Of a DNA stretch of 31,795 nucleotides, positions 1 through 8,690 are shown in pieces. The notes under the pieces were generated by a model. That model was given only the letters and a program-made list of their open reading frames with translations. It searched no databases and was not told the DNA's origin. This stretch comes from Candidatus Eiseniibacteriota bacterium (GTDB lineage Bacteria; Eisenbacteria; RBG-16-71-46): NCBI GenBank assembly GCA_031366795.1, contig JANLOX010000261.1, positions 1 to 31,795 of the forward strand, written 5' to 3'. Within the stretch, counting starts at the first letter, position 1. The number at the start of each line of letters is the position of its first letter. The position numbers and the translations under genes were made by a program.

Positions 1-1725
1 CTGGTCCCAGCGCGCCTCGACGCGGTACGGATTGGGGAACACCGTCACCTTGTCGGTGCCGACCTTCTCGCCCGGCGCGGGTGAAGCGAACCCCAGCGTC
101 TTGTTCTGGAGGATGCCGCTCTCCAGCGATTCGATCTCGACGTTGCCCAGATCGTACGAGGTCACGGCGACGTAGTACTTGAAGCCATCGCGCAGGTGGT
201 CGATCGAGTAACGGTAATCGTAGTGATGGCCGTCGATCGTGGTGTCGGCGGCGATGGCCCCAAGCCCGGTGTTGAAGCCCGTCGTGTCGTGCGGCGCCGT
301 CTTCAGGTCGAACTGGGCGGTGCGGTGCAAATCGAGCCGGTCGTCCCCGATGTAGACGCGGTAGCCTTCGAAGTCGCGCGGCAACGGACTCGTCGGGTCG
401 ATCGCGAATTCGGGCGTGTTGTCCCAATAGAGATCCAGGGCGTTGTGCCGCGCCACCACCTTCAATCCGGGCGAGGGCGGCGGGACCGGGACGATGTAGT
501 GGCGGTCGAAGGCGCGCTGGGCAAAGCGCGAGTGCTCCTGGATCGAGGAAATGTTGTTGTTGCCACCGACCAGCGCGAAGTCGACGCTGATGGTGTCACC
601 CGGATCGATCTGACTAAACGGCCCGGTCGCGAGCACCCCCACCGGATCGCCCGAGCCCGGCTGCAGGGAGTCGCCAATGATGGGCTGGACCGTCCCCGTC
701 GACATGATGGCGTAGCGTTCGGAGTCCTCGTCGCGCAGCGAGCTGCCGGGCGCGTAACCCCATGCGGCGAATGTCGTCTTCTTGACGGTAGCGGTGTCGG
801 CGCGACTGCGCTTGACGCCGAGCAGCTTGATGCCGGTCCAGTAAGGAACGCGTTGCATCACGCAACCCGCAGGCTCGGGCAACGCGAGGCAGTAGTGCTC
901 GCGGAACAGAGCGGGAATGGACTTCACACCCGTCGGGATCTTCATGGTCAAGGTGTCGTCGACGGCGATCCACTTCTTCTTGAACCAGCTGCCGAACTCG
1001 CCCGTGCTGCCCGGCGGCCACGCGGTGTAGCCGCACTTGGGCCCGCTCGCCATTTCGGAATAGAGCCCGACCCACACGTCCTGCAGCGGCGGTCCGTTGT
1101 TGATGATCTCGAAGTGAAAGAAATTGATGTGGGCGAAATCCGAGAACGACCAGGCGTAATTCTCCTGGTGCACGAGCAGCCCCATCGGCCGGTGCCCCTC
1201 ACCATTGTTGTCGGAGCGCTTGGCGGGACGGTCGGAGTAGTCGGACAGGAAGTCGAGCTCGCTCACCGCCTTGTGATTGAAGAACTCGTTGTTGGCGAGC
1301 GTCGAGCGGACCGTGATGGCACGGCCGGCCGGGGTGAATTCCGTGGCGCCCTGGCTCGCCTGACCCTGCGACCCGTCCAGCGCAGCGGTAACGACGCCGG
1401 TAAAGATACCGTTCTCGTCGGTCGCCTTGCCGCCCACCCACAGGCCGCCACGCACCAGGTGCTCATAGCAGGAGCCCAACGGGTACTCGAACGAGGGATC
1501 GCGCGAGATGAAGTTGTTGCCGATGAAGCCGTAGTTGGTGATCGTGACGCCGATCAAGTTTCCGGCCGCGACCTTGGCCGCGTAACCGATCGAGTCCGCC
1601 GTCGACATGGGGGTCAACTGCGGCGTCGGCACGCTGTGCGGCTCATTGCCATCGACGGGCACGCCGGAGTGGGCGGCCGGGGCAATCGCGAGCATCAGCA
1701 CCAGCAGGATCGGGAATCGCTTCAC
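1..1725 (-). CDS. Secreted FN3-containing protein with start of a T9SS-type C-terminal domain (3' end runs off the window)
   Basis: Not in the ORF track because it has no stop inside the window. Manual translation from GTG at 1725 (GTGA overlap with the upstream stop) gives MKRFPILLVLMLAIAPAAHS (signal peptide)...ITNYGFIG...FEYPLGSCYEHL...GGLWVG...PPPSP...LYWD...DFEGYRVY...YYVAVTSYD...VTVFPNPY, open for 575 codons. Confidence 0.85.
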   Translation of the reverse strand, partial: MKRFPILLVLMLAIAPAAHSGVPVDGNEPHSVPTPQLTPMSTADSIGYAAKVAAGNLIGVTITNYGFIGNNFISRDPSFEYPLGSCYEHLVRGGLWVGGKATDENGIFTGVVTAALDGSQGQASQGATEFTPAGRAITVRSTLANNEFFNHKAVSELDFLSDYSDRPAKRSDNNGEGHRPMGLLVHQENYAWSFSDFAHINFFHFEIINNGPPLQDVWVGLYSEMASGPKCGYTAWPPGSTGEFGSWFKKKWIAVDDTLTMKIPTGVKSIPALFREHYCLALPEPAGCVMQRVPYWTGIKLLGVKRSRADTATVKKTTFAAWGYAPGSSLRDEDSERYAIMSTGTVQPIIGDSLQPGSGDPVGVLATGPFSQIDPGDTISVDFALVGGNNNISSIQEHSRFAQRAFDRHYIVPVPPPSPGLKVVARHNALDLYWDNTPEFAIDPTSPLPRDFEGYRVYIGDDRLDLHRTAQFDLKTAPHDTTGFNTGLGAIAADTTIDGHHYDYRYSIDHLRDGFKYYVAVTSYDLGNVEIESLESGILQNKTLGFASPAPGEKVGTDKVTVFPNPYRVEARWDQ

Positions 1726-2906
1726 TTGCGCCTCTTGTAGCGAACGATTTCGCCACGGTCGTGGTCGGCCACGTAGACGATGGAATCACTGGCGGCGACT
1801 CCGGTGGGACCCAGCAGCGGGCTCCCTAGATCATCCGGTTCGATATCGACGCGCTGGACGTAACCGCCGCTCGGGTTGAAGCGCAGCACACGACGATTGC
1901 CGGTGTCGAGCACGTAGACGAATCCGGCCGCGTCGGTGGTGATGGCCTTGGGGCCCGAGATGCCCACGCCGTCGCCATCCTGCTCGTAGCGGAAGAATCC
2001 CGTGGTGTCGGTGTCGCTGAGCTTCTGGCCCGAACTGTTGCCGAAGTCGGCGACATACAGTCCCTTGGGCAGCACGTTGTTCCACGCCATGCCGCGCGCA
2101 TCGCGGATATAGCCGATGCCCGTGCCATCGTTGTGCGCCCACGTCGTGTCGCGGTGCCACGCCGCCCCCGGCATGGTGATGTCGTTGGGCACCACGCCGG
2201 GATAGCGCGGGCCACGGCGGTACTTGTAGATCTTGAACACGAAGCTGCGTGTGAACAACCGCGGCTCGGTCGCGGCGGTCAGCACGTCGGCGACACCGCT
2301 GATGTAGACGCTTCCTTCATCATCCGCGGCGATGCCGTTGACGTAGGCCAGCGTGGTGTCGGAGAAGGTGCTCACCGAGTCGCCACCCAGCAGGCCGTAC
2401 TCGCGCACACGCCAGTAGCGCGTGAGATCCGTGATGTAACGACGGCGCACCGGCGTCTTGTTGATGCCGCAAGTATCGCAAAAGGTGAACAGCGTCTTGG
2501 CGATCAGGGTGTCGCCCCGGTCCAGCACGTAAACGCGATTCGCGAGGGCGCCCGTGCCGTCGCTTCCAGCGGCGATCGCCACCGGGTTGAACAAGCCGCC
2601 CTGCATCGAGTGACCCACCGGCGTGGGCTTGGAGAGGAAGTAGTCCTTCACCTCGCCGCGCGCGCCAGCGCCGCTGCCGCCGTGGTTGAACAGCAGGAAC
2701 AACTGCGTGCCCGTTCCCTGCGTGAGCAAGGCATCCTGGATGCCGTCGAGCCCATGCCACGTCGCGACCATCTGGTAGCTCTGGTCCGTCGGCACCGTGC
2801 GAATTCCGCGGCGTTCGGTCGGCAGTTCGAACTTCGAGCCGCAACCGAGGCTCAAGCCCGCGAGCGAGACGAGCGCGATCAGCAGCAAGGCGAAACGCGC
2901 GCGCAC
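1722..2906 (-). CDS. NHL-repeat (beta-propeller) lipoprotein
   Basis: Lipobox-like LSLGC after a hydrophobic stretch; NHL repeats (FNPVAIA, GPKAITTDAAGFVYVLDTGNRRV, GPTGVAASDSIVYVAD); start and stop overlap both neighbours. Confidence 0.8.
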   Translation of the reverse strand: MRARFALLLIALVSLAGLSLGCGSKFELPTERRGIRTVPTDQSYQMVATWHGLDGIQDALLTQGTGTQLFLLFNHGGSGAGARGEVKDYFLSKPTPVGHSMQGGLFNPVAIAAGSDGTGALANRVYVLDRGDTLIAKTLFTFCDTCGINKTPVRRRYITDLTRYWRVREYGLLGGDSVSTFSDTTLAYVNGIAADDEGSVYISGVADVLTAATEPRLFTRSFVFKIYKYRRGPRYPGVVPNDITMPGAAWHRDTTWAHNDGTGIGYIRDARGMAWNNVLPKGLYVADFGNSSGQKLSDTDTTGFFRYEQDGDGVGISGPKAITTDAAGFVYVLDTGNRRVLRFNPSGGYVQRVDIEPDDLGSPLLGPTGVAASDSIVYVADHDRGEIVRYKRRK

Positions 2907-3925
2907 TAGAACCGCACTCCCAGCGACACCCGGTTGATGGCCCCGAGGAAGTCACCCTGCGTGTAGGCGTAATCGACGTTGAGCTTGCTCTGGCCGAGCG
3001 AGGCGTAAAGCCCCGCACCGGCGGAGAACTTGAGCTCGTCGGAATTGAAGTTGTAGCCCGTGCGCAGCGCGAGCTTCGAGTTCCAGGTCCACTCGGCACC
3101 CGCCTTCATGACCAGCGCATTGTCCGAGGGCTGGTTGGCCTCGAGCGAGGTGGTCAGGCGCTGCGTCGCATTCTCGATCGGCTCGAACGCGATGCCATAG
3201 CGGAACACCGTCGGCGGGTCGAAGCCATCGTAGCTGCGGTGCTCGCCAGTCGTCGGCGAGACCCACTGGCCACCATCCGTCTTGGACTTGGGCTTGAACT
3301 GCGAGCCGAAGTTCGACAACGAAGTGGCGATGCGCACGCTGCCGTAGCCCAGGTAATAGATCGAGCCGATGTCGACGAGCACGACATTGGTCACAGGACC
3401 CCCGACATCCGACCCCAAGTCCTCGCGCACGAACTTGGCACCGGCGCCGACCAGCAGTTTGTCCGTCCAGCGCCGCGCATAGGCGACGCCCGCGACTGCG
3501 TCGTAATAGTTGAACGAGCGGCCCGTGCCGAACGGCTGCAGTTCCGTGGTCTCGTCGATCTGCGTGGTCAACACGCCGAACTGGAACGCCAGCGAGCCGC
3601 CGAACTTGCGCACCGGCACCGCCATCGCCATATGCTCGTAGCGGATGTCGGCGGGCCATTCGACGTGCGAGACCAGCAGCTCCTTGCGCTGCATCGAGGC
3701 CAGCCCGGCGGGATTCCAGTAGATCGCACTCGGGTCATTGGCGACGGCGACGAATGATTCGCCGAGCCCGATCGCGCGCGCGCCCACGCCGATGCGCAGG
3801 AAGCTGCCCGAGGAGGTGCCGACACGCTGGTCGCCCAGCGCCTGCCCTGCTTGCGCGCTGCGCAGCGGCGCGAACGCCAAAACCAGCACCAGCACTGCTA
3901 CAACCCTATGGAAACTAGAAGTCAT
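2906..3925 (-). CDS. PorV/PorQ family outer-membrane beta-barrel protein
   Basis: FLRIGVGARAIGLGESFVAVANDPSAIYWNPAGL signature, signal peptide, C-terminal RVSLGVRF with terminal Phe. Confidence 0.9.
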   Translation of the reverse strand: MTSSFHRVVAVLVLVLAFAPLRSAQAGQALGDQRVGTSSGSFLRIGVGARAIGLGESFVAVANDPSAIYWNPAGLASMQRKELLVSHVEWPADIRYEHMAMAVPVRKFGGSLAFQFGVLTTQIDETTELQPFGTGRSFNYYDAVAGVAYARRWTDKLLVGAGAKFVREDLGSDVGGPVTNVVLVDIGSIYYLGYGSVRIATSLSNFGSQFKPKSKTDGGQWVSPTTGEHRSYDGFDPPTVFRYGIAFEPIENATQRLTTSLEANQPSDNALVMKAGAEWTWNSKLALRTGYNFNSDELKFSAGAGLYASLGQSKLNVDYAYTQGDFLGAINRVSLGVRF

Positions 3926-6716
3926 AGTCGAAATTCAGGCGCCACTGCGCCCCCGGTCCGTAATTGGAAGGATCGTTGAATTGCGAAACGCGCAGGTAGT
4001 CGAAGTCGGCCTTTGAGAATCCGGGGTTCGCTTCGCGCGAAAACAAGCCTTTGCCCCATTCGTAGCCCTTACCCGTGAGCGGGTCGAGGCGTTGAATCAA
4101 GTAGTTGTTGAAGATGTTCGTGCCCTGAACACTCAGGTCGATTCTGCGGCCGACGAAATGGAACGAGCGGTTCAGCTTGAGGTCGGTGGTGAACTGCACC
4201 ATCACGTTCTTGGAGTTCGACTCGCCGACCTGCACGGAGGCGCCATTGACGAGCGCGCGCGGCGTGTAGGGCTTACCCGAGCGCGCCTGCACGGTGAGGT
4301 TCATGCCGCCGTGCTTCGCCCAGCCGAAGTATCGCGGGGCCTCGCCGTCGAAGCGGATGTCGAAGTTGCTGTAGAACTGGTGCGGCCGGTTCCACGAAAC
4401 GAAGATCTGGCCGAGACGCGTGTCGTTGGCGTTGCCGCCGCCTTCGAGCACGATCTTCTGCTCGTTGGGGTCGCTGTCCTTGCCCTGCGTCTGCTGGAAC
4501 GTATAGGTGAGTTTGCCCGCCCAGTAGCTGCTGCGCCGTTTCTGGACTTCGATCTCGAATCCTTTGGCGCGGGCGAACGAGCCGTTCAAGTAGAGCAGCA
4601 CCGGCACCAGGCTCGCCCCCTGCTGGCGATTGATCGTGGTGGCGGACGGGTAGTCGTAAACGTCCTTGACGAAGAACGTGATGTTGATCGCCGAGGTCCT
4701 GGTGAACTGGTTCTTGGCGCCGACCTCATAGTTGATCGACACCTTGGGATTCAGGTTCGGGTTGCCCTGGAGCGGGAACGCCTCGCTCGAGATCGAAGAC
4801 AACTTTGAATAGACGTAGCGGTACGAAGGGTTCTGGGTGAACTGGCCGTAGTTGAAGAAGAAGCTGCTGCTCTCGGTGATCGGGTGCGCCACGATCACGC
4901 GCGGCGACAGATGCATCTTGTAGCGGCGGCCGAAGAACGAATGGGTCTCGTCATAGAACTGGTCGCGCGTGCCGGCGGTGATGTTGCCGTTCGAGGTGTC
5001 AGCCATTGCGGCTTCGGCTTCGCGGCCGGCGAACCAGTAGTCGGCGCGCAGCCCGACGTTGCCCACGAAGCCTTCGTACTCGATGCGGTCACGCAGGTAG
5101 AGGTCGCCGATCATCGGGTGGACCTTCCACAGGTCGTGCGAACCGCCCAGCCCGTCCGGATCGAACACCCACGGATCCTGGATGGTCAGGTACTGGACGC
5201 TCTGGAACTGGTGCTCGAAGCCCAGCTCGAATTCGTGGCGCTTGAGGAAACGCTGCACTCCGCTGCCTTCGAGCGCCCACGTCGAGTTGCGCGTGTCCTG
5301 CCAGGTGTTGTTGTCGCCCGTGTCGTAGAAGTAGTCGGAGCGGCGCGGATCGCCCGGCGGCAGCGAGAAGTCATCGGGTGCTTCGAGTTGGCCCCACTGC
5401 TTGCCCATCACGTCGCGGCGCTGCGCGTAGTAGGCGTGCGACACCTGGAACTGCGTGTAGCCCGTCGCCGACAGCGTGCGGCGCCATTCGGCCGATCCCT
5501 GGACGTTGTCGTCGAGGTAGGTCGGGGCGTGGTCGATACGATGCGCCCACTTCCACGGGTAGGCCGGCTCGCTCGAATTGCCCTGGGCATCGACGAACGT
5601 GCGGCTGAAACCCTGGTCGATCGAGATGCGCTTCTGGAAATTGAAGGCGACCTTGTTGCGATTGTTCGGCTTCCAGGTCAGGCCGTAGCGGGCCGACCAG
5701 TCGTTGTCCTGGGACGGCGAGAAGAAGTCGCCGTACGTAAACTTGTGACCGAAGAACGAGTCCTCGTAGCTGGAATGCAGCCGCGCGAACTTCGAGGGGC
5801 TGACGAAGCGGTCGAAGAAGCCGAATTCCTTGCCGTCCAACTCGCGGAAGCGGGTCTCGAACAGGCTGCCGGACACGTCGATGATCGAGGTCAGCGTGCC
5901 CGCCGGGTTGAGCCCGATGCGCCGCAGCAGCGGGCGGAAGATCGGATCGGGTGCGCCGGCGACCAGCTGCACCGAGCGGCCGCCGAAGGTGCCGTTGCTG
6001 ATGGTCAGGCCGCCGTCGAACTTCTCGCCGCCGTCCTTGAGGCGCACATCGACGACACCTGACAGCGCATTGCCATACTTCACATCATAGGCGCCCGTCG
6101 CGACGTTCACTTCGGCCACCGAGCGCGCGCTCAGCTTGCCGGCGGTGGAGTTACCCGAGACGAGGTCGCGGTTCGTTACGCCATTGACGACGAAGATCGT
6201 TTCATCGGCGCGGCCACCGCGGACGTGGATCTGGTCGCCCTCGATGTTGACGCCGGCCTGCTGCTGCAACACGTCGCTGATCGTGGAGACGGGCAGGTTG
6301 CGGATCTCGGCGGCAGTGGTGGAGCGGATGGTGGCGCCCTGCTTCACCTCGACGAGGCGGCGCTCGGCGGAGACCTCGATCGCCTTGGTCTCGGTGACCA
6401 CGATGTCCGTCAGCTCGAAGTTCAGCTGCGTCGTCTTGCCCACGGTGACGGCCACGCCGGGCTTGACCTCGGGCCGGTAGCCGAGGAACTGCACGCGGAC
6501 TTCGTAGGTGCCCACCGGAACGGTGATGCGGTACTGGCCTTCGGAGTCGGTCAGCCCGCCGAGCCTGGCAGCGGGGATGGCGACATTCGCGAACGGTAGC
6601 GCGTGCCCTGTCTTCTTGTCGAACACCTTGCCGGAAATGGCTCCGCGCTCCTCGGCGATGGACAGCGTCGCCAGGACGAGGGCAAACAGCAACAGGGATA
6701 GGGTTCGCTTGAGCAT
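3915..6716 (-). CDS. TonB-dependent receptor with N-terminal carboxypeptidase-regulatory-like domain
   Basis: Probable start is ATG 6716 (MLKRTLSLLLF signal peptide) rather than 6884; GAISGKVFD..TD.EGQY N-domain, plug motif IHVRGGRADETIFVVNG, GNPNLNP, terminal WRLNFDYDF. Confidence 0.9.
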   Translation of the reverse strand: MLKRTLSLLLFALVLATLSIAEERGAISGKVFDKKTGHALPFANVAIPAARLGGLTDSEGQYRITVPVGTYEVRVQFLGYRPEVKPGVAVTVGKTTQLNFELTDIVVTETKAIEVSAERRLVEVKQGATIRSTTAAEIRNLPVSTISDVLQQQAGVNIEGDQIHVRGGRADETIFVVNGVTNRDLVSGNSTAGKLSARSVAEVNVATGAYDVKYGNALSGVVDVRLKDGGEKFDGGLTISNGTFGGRSVQLVAGAPDPIFRPLLRRIGLNPAGTLTSIIDVSGSLFETRFRELDGKEFGFFDRFVSPSKFARLHSSYEDSFFGHKFTYGDFFSPSQDNDWSARYGLTWKPNNRNKVAFNFQKRISIDQGFSRTFVDAQGNSSEPAYPWKWAHRIDHAPTYLDDNVQGSAEWRRTLSATGYTQFQVSHAYYAQRRDVMGKQWGQLEAPDDFSLPPGDPRRSDYFYDTGDNNTWQDTRNSTWALEGSGVQRFLKRHEFELGFEHQFQSVQYLTIQDPWVFDPDGLGGSHDLWKVHPMIGDLYLRDRIEYEGFVGNVGLRADYWFAGREAEAAMADTSNGNITAGTRDQFYDETHSFFGRRYKMHLSPRVIVAHPITESSSFFFNYGQFTQNPSYRYVYSKLSSISSEAFPLQGNPNLNPKVSINYEVGAKNQFTRTSAINITFFVKDVYDYPSATTINRQQGASLVPVLLYLNGSFARAKGFEIEVQKRRSSYWAGKLTYTFQQTQGKDSDPNEQKIVLEGGGNANDTRLGQIFVSWNRPHQFYSNFDIRFDGEAPRYFGWAKHGGMNLTVQARSGKPYTPRALVNGASVQVGESNSKNVMVQFTTDLKLNRSFHFVGRRIDLSVQGTNIFNNYLIQRLDPLTGKGYEWGKGLFSREANPGFSKADFDYLRVSQFNDPSNYGPGAQWRLNFDYDF

Positions 6717-6745
6717 GTCAGGTCGGTCCACAGGACCGGGCGGGA

Positions 6746-6774
6746 AACGTAAGCGCAAGTCCATGCGGAAGCAA
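6746..6774 (-). promoter_or_regulatory. Putative sigma70 promoter of the TBDR-PorV operon
   Basis: Minus strand TTGCTT-17 nt-TACGTT, about 30 nt upstream of ATG 6716. Confidence 0.4.
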
Positions 6775-6816
6775 GCGCTCACTCCATTTCGGGAGGTCAA
6801 GAACCCGGGGCCTCGC

Positions 6817-7893
6817 CTACATCCCCGCGAAGCGGCGGTCATAGTCGTCCGGGAACTCTTCCATGAAGATTTTGTCGATCTCAAGATTGACCTCGCGCAA
6901 CAGCCGGGCCTTCTGCGCGTAGGGCAGGAAGGAGCTCTTGAAGCCGTTGATCACGACGCGCTTGACCTCGTAGGGGCTCAAGCGGAACGCCCGCACCGCC
7001 AGCGCCATCTCCTGCGACAGCGTGGTGCCCGAGATCAAGCGGCTGTCGGTGTTGAGCGTCAGCCGCAGGCCCTGCTTGAAGTAGAACAGGAACGGATGCT
7101 CGCGGATGCTGCGCACCGCCCCGGTCTGCACGTTCGACGACAGGCACACCTCGAGCGGGATGCGATGGTCGTTGACGTACGCCATCAGGTCCTTGTCCTC
7201 GCGCAGCCGCGTGCCGTGCCCGATGCGATGCGCCCCGCAATAGTGCAACGCCTGCGAGATGCTGGCGGGGCCGAACGCCTCGCCGGCGTGCACGGTGACG
7301 TTGATGTTGTTCTTGAGCACCAGCTTGAACGCGCTCTTGTGCGCCTTGGCGGGGTAGTCGCGCTCCTGGCCGGCGAGGTCGAACGCCAGCACGCCGCGGT
7401 TCTTGTAAGCGAGCGCCAGTTCCGCCAGCGCCAGCGAGTAGCGCGGGTTCATCGAGCGAATGCCACAGATGATCACGCCCGTGGTGACATTGAAGCGCCT
7501 GCCTGCGTCGGCGAGCCCCGCGATCACGGGATCCACAATCTGGTCGAAGCTCAAGCGCTTCTGGCGGTGCAGGATGGGCGAGTAGCGCACCTCGAGATGT
7601 CGCACATTCTCCGCCGCGGCGTCCTCGGCGAGCTCGAAGGCAACGCGGTACAACGCGTCGCGTTCCTGCATCACACTCAGCGTGATGTCGAATATTTTGA
7701 GGTACTCACCGAGATTACGGGTGCGCTTGCCGGCCTGCAGCAACTTGGTCAGCCGCGCGAGATTGGTGGTGGGCAGCTTCACGCCCTGGGCGTCGGCCAA
7801 CTCCAGCACCGTGCGCGGCCTGAGGCAACCGTCGAGGTGACAGTGGATCTCCGCCTTGGGGAGCCGTTCGATGATGCGTCGGGTGATGCGCAT
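6817..7893 (-). CDS. add: Adenosine deaminase
   Basis: PKAEIHCHLDG, HAGE, RIGHG, EVCLSSN and NTD motifs of the adenosine deaminase family. Confidence 0.93.
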   Translation of the reverse strand: MRITRRIIERLPKAEIHCHLDGCLRPRTVLELADAQGVKLPTTNLARLTKLLQAGKRTRNLGEYLKIFDITLSVMQERDALYRVAFELAEDAAAENVRHLEVRYSPILHRQKRLSFDQIVDPVIAGLADAGRRFNVTTGVIICGIRSMNPRYSLALAELALAYKNRGVLAFDLAGQERDYPAKAHKSAFKLVLKNNINVTVHAGEAFGPASISQALHYCGAHRIGHGTRLREDKDLMAYVNDHRIPLEVCLSSNVQTGAVRSIREHPFLFYFKQGLRLTLNTDSRLISGTTLSQEMALAVRAFRLSPYEVKRVVINGFKSSFLPYAQKARLLREVNLEIDKIFMEEFPDDYDRRFAGM

Positions 7894-7905
7894 GTCTCTC
7901 CCGCT

Positions 7906-8496
7906 CTAGCGGCCGCCCTCGAGCGCCATGATCTTGAGCACGCGGCGCTCGTGCCGGCCACCCTCGAATTTCGTGGTGAGGAACAATCTTGCCAGCCGCT
8001 GGGCGAGCCCGCGATTGACGACCGTGGCTCCCAGCGCCATGACATTCGCGTCGTTGTGCAGGCGCGCGTTGAGCGCGGTGGCGTCGTTGTGGCACAACGC
8101 GCAGCGCACTCCGAAAATCTTGTTGGCGGCCATCGTCGAACCGATCCCCGCCGCGTCGATCACCAGCCCAAATCCGCAACGGCCGGCGGCGACTTCACGC
8201 GCCACGGCGGCGGCGAAGTCCGGGTAGTCGACCGCCTCGGTCGAATGCGTCCCGCAATCGTGGACCCCGAGCCCCAGCTCGTCGCGCAGGTACTGCGCGA
8301 GCGATTGCTTGAGGGCGAAGCCGCCGTGGTCGGAGCCGATCGCCACGCGGCGCTGGGCGCCTGGGGATGCGGTGAGTGCGGCGGCGGCGGGTTTCGCGGG
8401 CGTTGCCGGAACCGGCGCAGTTAGGCCCCCCTTAAGGTGCTGCTCCACGACCTGGCGCACGACATCGCGCACGCGCCGTTCATCAATGTTCACCAT
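7906..8496 (-). CDS. rpiB: RpiB/LacA/LacB family sugar-phosphate isomerase with N-terminal helical extension
   Basis: IGSDHGGFALK, VDYPD, GIGSTMAANK, ARLHNDAN, FEGGRHERRV; about 48 extra N-terminal residues. Confidence 0.9.
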   Translation of the reverse strand: MVNIDERRVRDVVRQVVEQHLKGGLTAPVPATPAKPAAAALTASPGAQRRVAIGSDHGGFALKQSLAQYLRDELGLGVHDCGTHSTEAVDYPDFAAAVAREVAAGRCGFGLVIDAAGIGSTMAANKIFGVRCALCHNDATALNARLHNDANVMALGATVVNRGLAQRLARLFLTTKFEGGRHERRVLKIMALEGGR

Positions 8497-8503
8497 GCGC
8501 GGC

Positions 8504-8509
8504 AGTCTA
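8504..8509 (-). promoter_or_regulatory. Putative -10 element of rpiB-add (leaderless geometry)
   Basis: Minus strand TAGACT 7 nt before ATG 8496; no Shine-Dalgarno; -35 weak. Confidence 0.4.
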
Positions 8510-8580
8510 GCCCGGACGATTCATGAAACGCGAACCGAGACCGGGAGGCGTCCGCCGCGCACCCTCACGCGGCAAACGCC

Positions 8581-8601
8581 ACAACACACGGACAACACAC
8601 G
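8581..8601. repeat. Tandem 10-bp direct repeat ACAACACACG (11-bp period) in a divergent intergenic region
   Basis: acaacacacg-g-acaacacacg read directly; lies just upstream of a TAGCGC-17-TATGCT promoter-like pair (8614-8642). Confidence 0.7.
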
Positions 8602-8690
8602 TGCCGGCAGGCGTAGCGCCGCGGCGCCGCCCGCGATATGCTTGAAGACGAACTCCCCTGCTGGTGAAATCATCGAGAGAAGGATCCCAA

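Noticed and set aside
196..1740. 514-aa plus-strand ORF
   Set aside because: Antisense shadow of the real minus-strand gene; Arg/Val-rich with no motifs.
6717..6884. N-terminal extension of the TBDR in the ORF track
   Set aside because: Overlaps the end of add; the signal peptide starts at ATG 6716.
6508..8424. 638-aa plus-strand ORF
   Set aside because: Antisense to add and rpiB; long stop-free shadow frames are expected at this GC content.
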